A DNA stretch of 64,000 nt from NCBI GenBank assembly GCA_902624885.1, contig CACNZU010000003.1:10142-74141 (forward strand), written 5' to 3'. The notes under the pieces were generated by a model. That model did not search any database, was not told the origin of the DNA, and was given only the letters and a program-made list of their open reading frames with translations. Shown here piece by piece: positions 12,589 to 24,399 of this stretch (positions within the stretch are counted from its first letter, which is position 1; each line of letters begins with the position of its first letter). Both the position numbers and the translations under genes were made by a program. The DNA comes from an uncultured Pelagibacteraceae bacterium (lineage in GTDB: Bacteria; Pseudomonadota; Alphaproteobacteria; Pelagibacterales; Pelagibacteraceae).

Positions 12589-13458
12589 ATGCCAGAATTA
12601 CCTGAAGTTGAAGTTGTTAAAAGGTCCTTAGAGAACAAAATTATAAATTTAATTATTAAAAAAGTAAAAATTAATGATGGCAATCTTAGATATAAGGTAA
12701 ATATTAAAGAAACATTAAAATTAAAAGGAAAAAAAATTACAAAAATAAAAAGAAGATCAAAATTTTTAATATTTGAAATTGAAGAAGAGCTTTTCATGTT
12801 GGTGCATTTTGGGATGACAGGCAAATTTTTTTTTATAGATAAAAATAAAACAAAATTTAGGACAAGCTTTTATTATTCGTTAGATAAAAATAAAGATGAA
12901 AAGCACAATAGAATAATTTTCATTCTTGAAAATAACCAAAAACTTATTTTTAATGATATTAGAAAATTTGGATTTATAAAAATATATAACAAAAAAAATT
13001 ACAACAAAATTTTACATTTAAAAAATTTGGGTCCAGAACCTTTAGAAAAGAGTTGGAATTATAAATATTTTAATAATTATATATCTGGAAGAAAAAGAAA
13101 TATAAAAAATATCTTAATGGATCAGAAGTGTATTGCTGGATTAGGAAATATCTATGTGAACGAGATACTTTTTTTAAGTGGTGTAAATCCTTCGAGAAAA
13201 GTATCTCAACTCAAGAGTCTAGAAATAGAAAAAATTGTTAAAAATACTAAAAAAATATTAAAAAGATCAATAGCTCAAGGAGGTTCAACGATTAAAGATT
13301 TTTCTAGCGACGATGGAAAAAAAGGGGTCTTTCAACAATATTTTAAGGTTTACAATAAAGATGGAGAAAAGTGTTCTAACGTAGATTGTAACATGAATAT
13401 TTCAAAGATTGTAATTTCTAATAGGGCTAGTTTTTTTTGCAAAAGATGTCAAAAATAA
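12589..13458 (+). CDS. mutM: Formamidopyrimidine-DNA glycosylase
   Basis: N-terminal PELPEVE, GLGNIY and a C-terminal Cys4 zinc finger. Confidence 0.97.
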   Translation: MPELPEVEVVKRSLENKIINLIIKKVKINDGNLRYKVNIKETLKLKGKKITKIKRRSKFLIFEIEEELFMLVHFGMTGKFFFIDKNKTKFRTSFYYSLDKNKDEKHNRIIFILENNQKLIFNDIRKFGFIKIYNKKNYNKILHLKNLGPEPLEKSWNYKYFNNYISGRKRNIKNILMDQKCIAGLGNIYVNEILFLSGVNPSRKVSQLKSLEIEKIVKNTKKILKRSIAQGGSTIKDFSSDDGKKGVFQQYFKVYNKDGEKCSNVDCNMNISKIVISNRASFFCKRCQK

Positions 13459-13463
13459 TAAAG

Positions 13464-13492
13464 TTGACCGTAATAATTCAGGCATATATAAA
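13464..13492 (+). promoter_or_regulatory. Sigma70 promoter for rpsT
   Basis: TTGACC-N17-TATAAA ending 9 nt before the ATG. Confidence 0.65.
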
Positions 13493-13501
13493 ACCTAAAA
13501 A

Positions 13502-13756
13502 ATGCCTAACACTAAATCAGCAGTCAGACGCGTCCGAAGGGTAAAAAAACAAACCCAAGTAAACAGGATACGTAAAAGTAAGTATAAAAATTCAATAAAA
13601 CATATTGAAAACTTAATTAGTTTAAAAGAATTTGAAAAAGCGAAGAAGTATTTTCCAAAGTTCCAATCAATTCTAATGCAGGTTGCTAAATCTGGGGTAG
13701 TAAATAAAAAAACTGCAGCAAGAAAAATTTCTAAGATTTCAAAAAAAATAAAATAA
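13502..13756 (+). CDS. rpsT: 30S ribosomal protein S20
   Basis: MPNTKSA..R, KSGVVNKKTAARKIS; positioned before dnaA. Confidence 0.95.
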   Translation: MPNTKSAVRRVRRVKKQTQVNRIRKSKYKNSIKHIENLISLKEFEKAKKYFPKFQSILMQVAKSGVVNKKTAARKISKISKKIK

Positions 13757-13982
13757 ACTTATCAATTAACAGTTGATTAATTAAATTTTTTTTTTCTATA
13801 TTTAGTTTTAATATCATAAAAAATCAAAATATAGTTTTACTCAAGGCAAAAAATAATTTTTTTTTGAAATTCTATCTGAGCGATAAAGCTACAACCTAAA
13901 ACGTTTTTTTTTATTTTTTACAAAGATAATTCTTGCAAATATTTTTAAAAAAGAGTTTAAATAAATTTCTAATTTTTTCAGC

Positions 13983-15374
13983 ATGGAAAACAAAAACACA
14001 AAAAAACAAAACGTTTATTATTCGGAAGAAGAAAAAACGATTAATTGGGGAGATGTTCAAAAATCTTTTAAAGATACGTTTGGGTCTGAAATTTACAACA
14101 GTTGGCTCCAAAAGCTCTCACTTATTAAAGAATACAACGATTACATTATTTTAGGTGTTCCTACGCGGTTTTTTAGAGATTGGATTGTTTCTCGATATTT
14201 AGATAAAATATTAGAACAAGTAAAAAATTTTAAACTAAGTTTAAATAGGATAGAGTTCAAAATTATTGAGGAAAACAAACAAAGCCAAGAGCTCAAAAAG
14301 ATAGATGAACTCAATAAAGTAACCGAAATAAAGGACTCTATATTAAACTACAACAGACTTAATCCTAATTTAAGCTTCAATAGTTTCATTCAAGGAAAAA
14401 GCAATGATATAGCTTTATCTTATTCAAAAAAGGTTTGTGAGCATGTGGCTAGATACAATCCACTTTACGTGTGTGGTGGAGTTGGGTTGGGAAAAACGCA
14501 TCTGCTTAATGCCATTGGCTTAGAATTACAAGATAATACTAATGTAATGTTTATTTCTGCAGAAAGATTCATGTATCATTTTATTAAATCAATAAAAAAA
14601 AATGATATGGTAAATTTTAAAGATTTTTTCAGAAAGTCATCAGTTTTTATTATTGATGATATTCAATTTATAAGTGGTAAAGAGAGTTTACAAGAGGAGT
14701 TTTTTCACACATTTAATAGTCTAATAGATAAAGGATCACAGATCATAATTTCATCCGATAGAGCGCCTATGAAATTAGATAGAGTTCAGGAACGAATTAA
14801 ATCTAGACTAGCAGGTGGTCTAGTCGTAGATATAGAGGCGCCCGACTTGGAGCTTAAAGTAAAAATAATAAAGAAAAAAATAGAGGAAATCCAAAGTCAA
14901 TTCAAAGAAAATATTAATTTGAGCGAAGAAGTAATTAATTATATTGCTCAGGAAAGTAAAACAAATATTAGGGAATTGATAGGTATTTTAAATAGGGTAA
15001 TAGCTTTTAGCAGAGTGCACAATAAAACTTTAGATATAAATGATTGCAAAAAAATTCTGAAAGATGTTTTTAATCAGATAAGGATCATTACGGTAGATAA
15101 AATTCAAAATGTAGTATCTAACTACTTTAATATTGCTCTAAGCGATATGCTTTCACAAAGGCGATCTAGACCTTTAGCAAGACCGAGACAAATTGCAATG
15201 TATTTAGCTAAAAAAATGACATCAAGATCTTTACCTGAAATTGGCAGAAGATTTGCTAATAGAGATCATACAACTGTAATCCATGCTGTAAAAACAATAT
15301 CACGTTTATCTGACCAAGATGACGAAATGAAAAAAAATATTAACCAGATTAAAAGTCTTTTACTAGAACAGTAA
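13983..15374 (+). CDS. dnaA: Chromosomal replication initiator
   Basis: GGVGLGKTHL, IIDDIQF, QEEFFHTFN and RDHTTVIHA motifs. Confidence 0.99.
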   Translation: MENKNTKKQNVYYSEEEKTINWGDVQKSFKDTFGSEIYNSWLQKLSLIKEYNDYIILGVPTRFFRDWIVSRYLDKILEQVKNFKLSLNRIEFKIIEENKQSQELKKIDELNKVTEIKDSILNYNRLNPNLSFNSFIQGKSNDIALSYSKKVCEHVARYNPLYVCGGVGLGKTHLLNAIGLELQDNTNVMFISAERFMYHFIKSIKKNDMVNFKDFFRKSSVFIIDDIQFISGKESLQEEFFHTFNSLIDKGSQIIISSDRAPMKLDRVQERIKSRLAGGLVVDIEAPDLELKVKIIKKKIEEIQSQFKENINLSEEVINYIAQESKTNIRELIGILNRVIAFSRVHNKTLDINDCKKILKDVFNQIRIITVDKIQNVVSNYFNIALSDMLSQRRSRPLARPRQIAMYLAKKMTSRSLPEIGRRFANRDHTTVIHAVKTISRLSDQDDEMKKNINQIKSLLLEQ

Positions 15375-15378
15375 GGAT

Positions 15379-16494
15379 ATGCAATTTGTAATAAAAAGAG
15401 ACATATTATTAAAATCTTTAAACTTTGTACAAGGGGTCGTAGAAAAAAAAAATACTTTGCCAATTCTTTCTAATGTTCTTATTGAACTTAAAAACAAGAA
15501 ATTGTCTATTATTGCTACAGACTTAGACATAATTTTTAAAGATGAAATTGATGAAGTTAAAAGTATTACAGAAGGTAGCACGACAACCTCAGCAGCTATA
15601 CTATTTGACATCTTAAGAAAGATACCCGCTAATTCTGAAATAAACTTTGATTTAAAATCTGAAAATAAAATAAGTTTAAAAAGTGATAACGCAGATTTTA
15701 ACCTTTTGTGTTTGCCAACAGATAATTTTCCAACTTTCTCTGATGATTTTGATAGTGGCGAAATTTCTATTGATAACAAACGTTTTTTAAAATTGTTAAA
15801 TAAAACAAAAATTTCTATCTCTAATGACGATACAAGGCATTACCTTAATGGCGTTTATCTTCATATAACTGAAGCACATAATAGAAATTTTTTAACTGGC
15901 GTAGCAACAGACAGCCACAGACTATCTTCAAGTAGTATTGAAGTTTCAAACATTGATAACTTTAAGCCAATAATTTTACCCAGAAAAACCATTTTTCAAT
16001 TATGCTCATTATTAGCAGAGTTAAGTGACCAGTTATCCATTCAAATAAGTGAAAATAAGATTAAATTTAACTTCGGAAGAATAATATTAATTTCCAAAGT
16101 AATAGACGGAAAATTTCCTGACTATAGAAAAGTTGTTCCCCAAAACAATGAAAAAACTTTATTAGTTGCATCAAAGGACTTCATAAATTCGATTGAGCGT
16201 GTAGCAAGCGTATCACTTGATCGAAAAGAGGGAGTTAAACTTGCAATAAATAAAGACAATGTCCAGTTATCTGTTAATAGCGCTAATTCTGGTGATGGAA
16301 ATGAAAAAATCAAAGCACAATTCAATTCAGAAAATTTGAATATAAGCTTTAATTCTAAATACTTGATTGATATTGCATCTGAAATAGAAAATTCAAATCT
16401 GAAAATGAATCTTAAAGACTCAGTTTCACCCGTTTTAATTGAAGATGTTTCAGATAAGAATAGTTATTACGTCATTATGCCGATGAAAATCTAG
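15379..16494 (+). CDS. dnaN: DNA polymerase III beta clamp
   Basis: LPILSN, ATDSHRL, GKFPDY and VIMPMK motifs. Confidence 0.98.
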   Translation: MQFVIKRDILLKSLNFVQGVVEKKNTLPILSNVLIELKNKKLSIIATDLDIIFKDEIDEVKSITEGSTTTSAAILFDILRKIPANSEINFDLKSENKISLKSDNADFNLLCLPTDNFPTFSDDFDSGEISIDNKRFLKLLNKTKISISNDDTRHYLNGVYLHITEAHNRNFLTGVATDSHRLSSSSIEVSNIDNFKPIILPRKTIFQLCSLLAELSDQLSIQISENKIKFNFGRIILISKVIDGKFPDYRKVVPQNNEKTLLVASKDFINSIERVASVSLDRKEGVKLAINKDNVQLSVNSANSGDGNEKIKAQFNSENLNISFNSKYLIDIASEIENSNLKMNLKDSVSPVLIEDVSDKNSYYVIMPMKI

Positions 16495-16608
16495 AAATGG
16501 TAGATTTTAAAAAATAATTTTATTTTTGGTTTAAAAATGTTGATTATGAATACTTCTAGGTCGTTTGTGTAGTACCCTGTTTTTAATTAGATAAAAATAA
16601 TGATATGA

Positions 16609-18687
<2,079 letters not shown>

Positions 18688-18691
18688 TAAA

Positions 18692-19981
18692 ATGAATTTC
18701 TCAACTCTCTTCCGTACAAAAGAGAATTTAAGCCTAGATAAAAATACGTTAACAATTTTAAGGTATATAGCTATAATTGGCCAAATTTTAGCGATAAGTA
18801 TAGTTTTTTATTACTTAAATTTACCGTTTCCAATCATAGAAAGCTATTTGATAATCTCATTGGGTTTGGCCACAAATCTATATCTTCAATTTATGATAAA
18901 AATCAATCAGCTAAAAGATTTTTATGCAGCTCCTTTCCTACTGATCGACTTGTTGCAATTAAGCGCACTTCTTTATTTGACAGGAGGAATTTTTAACCCT
19001 TTTTCATTTCTATTAGTAATCCCAGCCATAGTTTCCTCTACATTTTTAAGTATGGGTACAACAATAATTTTAGGTTTAATAACATCATTACTTTTATTAA
19101 TTATCTCGTTTTTTCATTTGCCTTTGCCAGGAGAGGATATGAATCTGCTGCATTTTCCAAATTTTTATAAAACTGGAATTATAATTTCTATATTGATTGG
19201 TTTAATTTTTCTAAGTTATTTTGGTATTCGTTTCTCTGGTGAAAAAAAGAAAACCGAGGAGGCTTTCAAAAAATTACAAGAAGTAATTTATAAAGAATAT
19301 GAGCTCGAGTCTTTAGGTGGTCAAGCAGCCGCAGCAGCTCACTCTCTAGGTACACCATTAGCCACTATAAGTGTAGTGGCAAAAGAACTTAAAAAAGAAA
19401 TTGGAGATAATAACGACCTTTCTAAAGATATTGACCTTCTAATTAGCCAATCTAAAAGGTGTAGTGAAATCTTAAAAAGAATTTCCAAAAAACAGATAGA
19501 GGATGACAAATTTTTTAGTTCAACAAAATTAGAGGATTTACTTGAAGAAATAATAAATTCTTTTAAAGAAACATCCTCTAAAGAAATAAATTTAATATCT
19601 AATAATGATAATAATAAAATCGATATACATCGCTCTGCTGAAATGATCTATGGTTTGAGAAATTTTATTGGAAATGCAATTAAGTTCTCAAAGAGCAAAG
19701 TAAATATTTTTCTTCATAGTAATGATAAAGAAATCAAAATTACTGTAAATGACGATGGACCAGGATTTCCAAAAGATATAATAGAGAAATTAGGAGAACC
19801 TTATATTAAAACAAAATCAGAGGAAATTAATCAAAATTCAGGTTTGGGTCTTGGAACTTTTTTAGGTAAAACTTTATTAGAAAGACAAAACGCAAAACTA
19901 ACATTTAAAGATGACAAAAATTTAGGGGGTGCTTCAGTAGTTATTAGCTGGTCACCAAAAAATATCTTAATTAACGCTTAA
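18692..19981 (+). CDS. regB: Redox sensor histidine kinase RegB/PrrB/ActS
   Basis: TGG..NPF membrane motif, AAAAAHSLGTPLAT H-box and RC redox Cys. Confidence 0.92.
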   Translation: MNFSTLFRTKENLSLDKNTLTILRYIAIIGQILAISIVFYYLNLPFPIIESYLIISLGLATNLYLQFMIKINQLKDFYAAPFLLIDLLQLSALLYLTGGIFNPFSFLLVIPAIVSSTFLSMGTTIILGLITSLLLLIISFFHLPLPGEDMNLLHFPNFYKTGIIISILIGLIFLSYFGIRFSGEKKKTEEAFKKLQEVIYKEYELESLGGQAAAAAHSLGTPLATISVVAKELKKEIGDNNDLSKDIDLLISQSKRCSEILKRISKKQIEDDKFFSSTKLEDLLEEIINSFKETSSKEINLISNNDNNKIDIHRSAEMIYGLRNFIGNAIKFSKSKVNIFLHSNDKEIKITVNDDGPGFPKDIIEKLGEPYIKTKSEEINQNSGLGLGTFLGKTLLERQNAKLTFKDDKNLGGASVVISWSPKNILINA

Positions 19982-20852
19982 ATTCAAAAGAATATGCGAG
20001 AATTTTATAAGCTAATTTTGCTACTAAAAAGTTATATGAGTCAAATTTTTTGATCGGTGCGAGTTCATTAATATCTGCCCCAACAATGTTCGATATTTGA
20101 CAGACCTTTTTTAATATTATTAAAACTTCATCCCAAAACAACCCACCCGGCTCTGGAGTTCCAGTTGCTGGCATAATACTTGCATCAAAACCATCTACAT
20201 CGAAGGTTATATAAACTTGTTTATTCTTGAATAAATTGTTTAATTTTTTCAGATTCCACTTCTTTTTATCTTTAGCCCAAAAAATATCTATTCTATTTCT
20301 ATTTTTATTATAGAAATTCATTTCAGACTCTGAGAGATTCCTAATTCCAAAAGATACCACTCTTAAATTTTTAAAATCAAGACATCTTTTTATTGCAGAC
20401 GCATGAGAAAACTTTTCTCCTTGATAGCTTTCTCTAAGATCAGCATGAGCATCAAAATGAAGAAGCATTAATTCTTTATACCTTTTAGCAAAAGGTTTTA
20501 CAGAACCTGGAGTAATAGAGTGTTCACCTCCTAAAACTAATGGAAATTTTTTCTCAGATATTATCTTTTCATTGATTTCGGATAACTGATTTAAAGCATC
20601 ATCTAATTTATTTTTTATTTTAAAAGGTTTTAAAGTTTGAATACCAATTTCTTTGTAGGGCTCTTTATTTAACTCTTCATCAAATAATTCAACTTGATGA
20701 GAGGCTCTAATTATCTCTTTTGGTCCATTCTTAGTTCCACTGCCATAGCTTACAGTCTTTTCTAAACCAAAAGGTACCACAACTACTTTTGGTTTAGATT
20801 TGTGATTTTTATCAAATCCCAAAAAACCTTTTTTCTGGTCTAAATAATTCAT
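19971..20852 (-). CDS. speB: Agmatinase / ureohydrolase
   Basis: GGEHS, DAHADLR and DVDGFD..PATGTPEPGG motifs. Confidence 0.88.
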   Translation of the reverse strand: MNYLDQKKGFLGFDKNHKSKPKVVVVPFGLEKTVSYGSGTKNGPKEIIRASHQVELFDEELNKEPYKEIGIQTLKPFKIKNKLDDALNQLSEINEKIISEKKFPLVLGGEHSITPGSVKPFAKRYKELMLLHFDAHADLRESYQGEKFSHASAIKRCLDFKNLRVVSFGIRNLSESEMNFYNKNRNRIDIFWAKDKKKWNLKKLNNLFKNKQVYITFDVDGFDASIMPATGTPEPGGLFWDEVLIILKKVCQISNIVGADINELAPIKKFDSYNFLVAKLAYKILAYSFEFKR

Positions 20853-21902
20853 TTAAGACTCAAAAATTTGTGAAAAATTTCTTTTCGATCTATTTTTCCA
20901 GTTTGCTCTATGAAATGCATCACTTGCAATTAATGGTAGTACACTCGTAGCCTCGGCAAATACCATTTGTTCTTTTGTAATATCAACCTTACCCCACGAG
21001 CTAGCTTCTTTTAAAGTTGAGCTGCTGCAGGCACCGTCTCTAGTATCAGCAACAGTAATTTGTATAGCATATTTATGCATATCAACCTTTTTGCCCAATA
21101 ACTCTGCGCACACTACTGTATCTTGAATGAAGTTTTTAGGCACGCCTCCCCCAACCATTAGTAGTCCTGATTGCTTAGATTGAAGTTTAATTTCAGTCAA
21201 TTCTCTAAATTCTCTTACAGAGTCAATTGTAATATGTTTTTCGGGATTTTTTTCTTGATGCATTACTAGTCCAAAACCCGCTGAGCTATCAGTGAAAGCT
21301 GGGCAAAATATCGGTACGTTATTATCGTATGCAGTCTCTATCAAAGATCCTTTTTTTTTAGCATTAGATTTGAGATATTTTCCCAACTCTCGTATAAATT
21401 CTCTCGAAGTATATGTTTTAGGTTTTAATGTATTAGCAATATCACAAATAGTTTGATCACATGCTTGTAGCTCTTCCTCGTCTATATAGGTATCATAAAT
21501 TCTATCTATGTAATTGTTTCTGAGCTCAGTATCATCTTGAAACTGAGATCCCTGATAATGTTTGAATCCTAAAGACTCAAAAAAATCCATATCAATAATA
21601 GAGGCTCCGGTGGCCACAATAGCGTCTACCATATTATGTTTAACTAAATCAGTGTACAGGTCCATACATCCACCTGCTGAAGTTGAACCTGCCAAAGTTA
21701 AGAAGATTGAACAATCCTTATCTTTAAGCATTTCATTATAAATTGCTGCCGCTCTAGCTGTATCTCTAGAAGTAAAAGACATTTTACTCATCCCATCAAT
21801 AATCTTACGAGCATCAAAAGATTTGATGTCGATATGTTCAACTGGGGAATTAAGAATAGATTTTTTATTGTGCCCAATATTTGGACTATTTTTTTTATTC
21901 AT
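20853..21902 (-). CDS. Deoxyhypusine synthase-like protein (probable homospermidine pathway)
   Basis: DRIYD, CPAFTDS, GGGVPKN and EASSWGK (catalytic Lys) motifs. Confidence 0.9.
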   Translation of the reverse strand: MNKKNSPNIGHNKKSILNSPVEHIDIKSFDARKIIDGMSKMSFTSRDTARAAAIYNEMLKDKDCSIFLTLAGSTSAGGCMDLYTDLVKHNMVDAIVATGASIIDMDFFESLGFKHYQGSQFQDDTELRNNYIDRIYDTYIDEEELQACDQTICDIANTLKPKTYTSREFIRELGKYLKSNAKKKGSLIETAYDNNVPIFCPAFTDSSAGFGLVMHQEKNPEKHITIDSVREFRELTEIKLQSKQSGLLMVGGGVPKNFIQDTVVCAELLGKKVDMHKYAIQITVADTRDGACSSSTLKEASSWGKVDITKEQMVFAEATSVLPLIASDAFHRANWKNRSKRNFSQIFES

Positions 21903-23083
21903 TAAGCTACTAGAGAACCAACCTTATCATTTGTATTATCGTACATAGATATAATTGGTTTGTCACTTAATTCGTGAATTTCATTTGAATAAAAACCGTT
22001 GAAGTTCGTTCTGAATGTAAGACTGTATGCACCAAGTTGACCTAACTCAATATAATCACCTTCTTTAATATTATTTGGTAACAAAAAAGGACCTTTCATA
22101 TAATCTAACCCATCACAAGTAGGTCCAAAAAAACTAAAAGCGGTCAGTTTTTTTGACTGAACTCTTCCGTCCGTTATCATTTTTGATGGTAAAACAAAAT
22201 TTGGTGCACCTGCGTCAAACAAAGATCCATACGTTCCGTCATTAATATAAAGATTATTTTTTTTTCTTAAAATGACTTTAACAATTGTAGATCCACTTTC
22301 TGCTACAAGAGACCTTCCCGGCTCACAGATTATTTCAGGCAATTTATTCAGCTTTAAATTATTTAGCTCTTTTTTAATTTCATCCATATAATTTATCAAT
22401 GGTTCAGGATTAAGGTCAGGATAAATAGAAGGGAAGCCACCTCCAACATTGATTGTATCTGGGACTATCTTTGTTTTTTTTATTATACTTCCTATTTCAC
22501 GAATACCCTTAGAGTAAGAAATTTTATGCATACATTGAGAACCAACATGAAAACTTATTCCAAGTTTTTTTGAGTGATCTTTACATAATCTAACCAAACC
22601 CAACGCTTCAGATGGAAGTGCTCCAAATTTTCTAGATAAATCTATTTCCGCATGTTCATTTGAAATCGCAATCCTTACAAATAATTCTAAGTCTTTTGCC
22701 TGTTTAGTTGCATCCAAAATCTTTTTTAATTCATCTTTACTATCCAGAGAGAAACTTTTCACACCATAATCAAAGTAAGCTGAAGAAATACTTTCTTTAC
22801 TTTTGATAGTATGCATGAAGTGTAATTTAGAGTCTGATTTGATTTTTTTTATAAGTTTAATTTCATTCAAAGATGCAACATCAAATTCATCAATACCGTT
22901 ATTAATTATTTGTTTTATAATTTTTTCGTTTGGATTTGTTTTTACTGCGTAGAGTATCTTTCCTGGAAAATTTTCTTTAAAAAATTTTACGGATTTTTTA
23001 ATCTCGTTAAGCCGTATACAATATACGGGGTAATCTGGCTTTAATAAGTTAACTAATTCGTTAACTGTTTTAAATTTTCCCAT
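21902..23083 (-). CDS. Alanine-racemase-fold PLP-dependent ornithine/lysine/arginine decarboxylase
   Basis: YAVKTN (PLP Lys), SFHVGSQ, GGGF, EPGR and GPTCD motifs. Confidence 0.9.
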   Translation of the reverse strand: MGKFKTVNELVNLLKPDYPVYCIRLNEIKKSVKFFKENFPGKILYAVKTNPNEKIIKQIINNGIDEFDVASLNEIKLIKKIKSDSKLHFMHTIKSKESISSAYFDYGVKSFSLDSKDELKKILDATKQAKDLELFVRIAISNEHAEIDLSRKFGALPSEALGLVRLCKDHSKKLGISFHVGSQCMHKISYSKGIREIGSIIKKTKIVPDTINVGGGFPSIYPDLNPEPLINYMDEIKKELNNLKLNKLPEIICEPGRSLVAESGSTIVKVILRKKNNLYINDGTYGSLFDAGAPNFVLPSKMITDGRVQSKKLTAFSFFGPTCDGLDYMKGPFLLPNNIKEGDYIELGQLGAYSLTFRTNFNGFYSNEIHELSDKPIISMYDNTNDKVGSLVA

Positions 23084-23132
23084 TTCATGTGTCCCTCGTT
23101 AATTTACACAAAGATTTTTTAAAAAATTTAAT

Positions 23133-23171
23133 AAAAAAAACCTTATTTATTTCGCGTTTAAGGTCTTTTTT
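23133..23171 (-). terminator. Putative intrinsic terminator/attenuator in the polyamine operon leader
   Basis: Minus strand AAAAAAG-ACCTTA-N13-TAAGGT-TTTTTTT, about 50 nt upstream of the decarboxylase start. Confidence 0.5.
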
Positions 23172-23197
23172 ACTTTATGTAAAGAAAAAAAGGACAT
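23147..23197 (-). CDS. Putative 16-aa leader peptide MSFFSLHKVKKTLNAK
   Basis: Hand translation from ATG (23197) to TAA (23147); the 3' end overlaps the terminator hairpin. No clear SD. Confidence 0.4.
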   Translation of the reverse strand: MSFFSLHKVKKTLNAK

Positions 23198-23242
23198 TTT
23201 TGACGTGTTGAAAATCTGTCAACAGTGCCTATATAGCAATGT

Positions 23243-23815
23243 ATGAGGACACAAAAAAACCCTCCGGAGCAGCTAAAATTGGCAGACTTTGCAGATAAAT
23301 CGCTTCTGTTACTGGATGATGACGATCCATTAAGAGGAAGGCTAGCTAGAGCAATGGAAAAGAAGGGATTTGAGATTAAAGAGGCCAAAACAGTGGCAGA
23401 AGGTCTAAATATAGCTAAGACATCGCCCACAGCCTTTGCAGTGATTGATTTGAGGCTTGAGGACGGAAATGGATTAGATGTAGTAAAAGAACTCTCAAAA
23501 AATAAAAAAGATAGTAGAATTGTAATGTTAACCGGATACGGGAATCTACCTACAGCTGTAGCAGCAGTTAAAGTGGGTGCAATAGATTACATAGCTAAAC
23601 CAGTCGATGCTGATGACGTTGAGGCAGCCTTGTTGGCTTCTCCAGAGTCAAAGGCAAAACCACCTGAAAATCCTATGTCAGCAGATAGAGTGAAATGGGA
23701 ACATATCCACAGAGTTTTTGAGTTATGTAATAGAAATGTCTCCGAAACAGCTCGAAGACTTAAGATGCACAGAAGAACACTGCAAAGAATTCTTTCTAAA
23801 AGATCTCCAAGATAA
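23243..23815 (+). CDS. regA: Response regulator RegA/PrrA/ActR
   Basis: PENPMSADRVKWEHIHRV...NVSETARRLKMHRRTLQRIL signature. Confidence 0.97.
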   Translation: MRTQKNPPEQLKLADFADKSLLLLDDDDPLRGRLARAMEKKGFEIKEAKTVAEGLNIAKTSPTAFAVIDLRLEDGNGLDVVKELSKNKKDSRIVMLTGYGNLPTAVAAVKVGAIDYIAKPVDADDVEAALLASPESKAKPPENPMSADRVKWEHIHRVFELCNRNVSETARRLKMHRRTLQRILSKRSPR

Positions 23816-23816
23816 C

Positions 23817-24368
23817 TTAAATAAACCTTCTAAATTTTTTAATTTGATTTATTGCAAGAGTTGCAATTAAAATTTTTAGTAACTCCGCTAACAAGAAAGG
23901 TTGTGCTCCTAATTTGAATATTGGTTTATCCCAACCTATTAAAGTACCTAGCCATAACATTCCTAACATATAGATAAAGCTTGTGGCAAAAGTTAATTTT
24001 AAAAAAGTCTTAATATAACTATTATCATAAATAAATTTTCCTGCTAAAAATCCAGCTACTATAAAACCAATCAAGTAACCCATTGTAGGACCTGTGAAGT
24101 AAACTATTCCTATACCTTTTTCTGGAGTGCCTGAAAAAACTGGCAAGCCAATAATTCCTTCAAACAAATATAAAGAAATAGTAGCTACACCTAATCTCCA
24201 TCCAAAACATGCACCAATTAATAAGATCACTAAAGTTTGCATAGTCATTGGCACAGGATAGAAAGGAATTTTAATTTTTGAGGAAATAGCTAGTATAATG
24301 CTTCCAATTAAAGCAAAGAAAACATACTTTAATAATTTTGATTGTTTCAAACTTTTTACTAGTTCCAT
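23817..24368 (-). CDS. bioY: Biotin transporter
   Basis: PVPMTMQT, GLPVF and GPTMGYLIGF motifs. Confidence 0.93.
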   Translation of the reverse strand: MELVKSLKQSKLLKYVFFALIGSIILAISSKIKIPFYPVPMTMQTLVILLIGACFGWRLGVATISLYLFEGIIGLPVFSGTPEKGIGIVYFTGPTMGYLIGFIVAGFLAGKFIYDNSYIKTFLKLTFATSFIYMLGMLWLGTLIGWDKPIFKLGAQPFLLAELLKILIATLAINQIKKFRRFI

Positions 24369-24399
24369 AAGACTAAATAAACATTTTTTTCATTAAAAT

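Noticed and set aside
13766-13780. CtrA-like TTAA-N7-TTAA site
   Set aside because: It lacks the terminal C, is expected by chance at this AT content, and the window gives no evidence for CtrA.
13757-13982. Replication origin between rpsT and dnaA (also checked dnaN-gyrB)
   Set aside because: AT-rich, but I found no TTATCCACA-like DnaA box cluster.
13933-14154. 73-aa ORF overlapping the dnaA start
   Set aside because: Out-of-frame shadow ORF with a TTG start and low-complexity composition.
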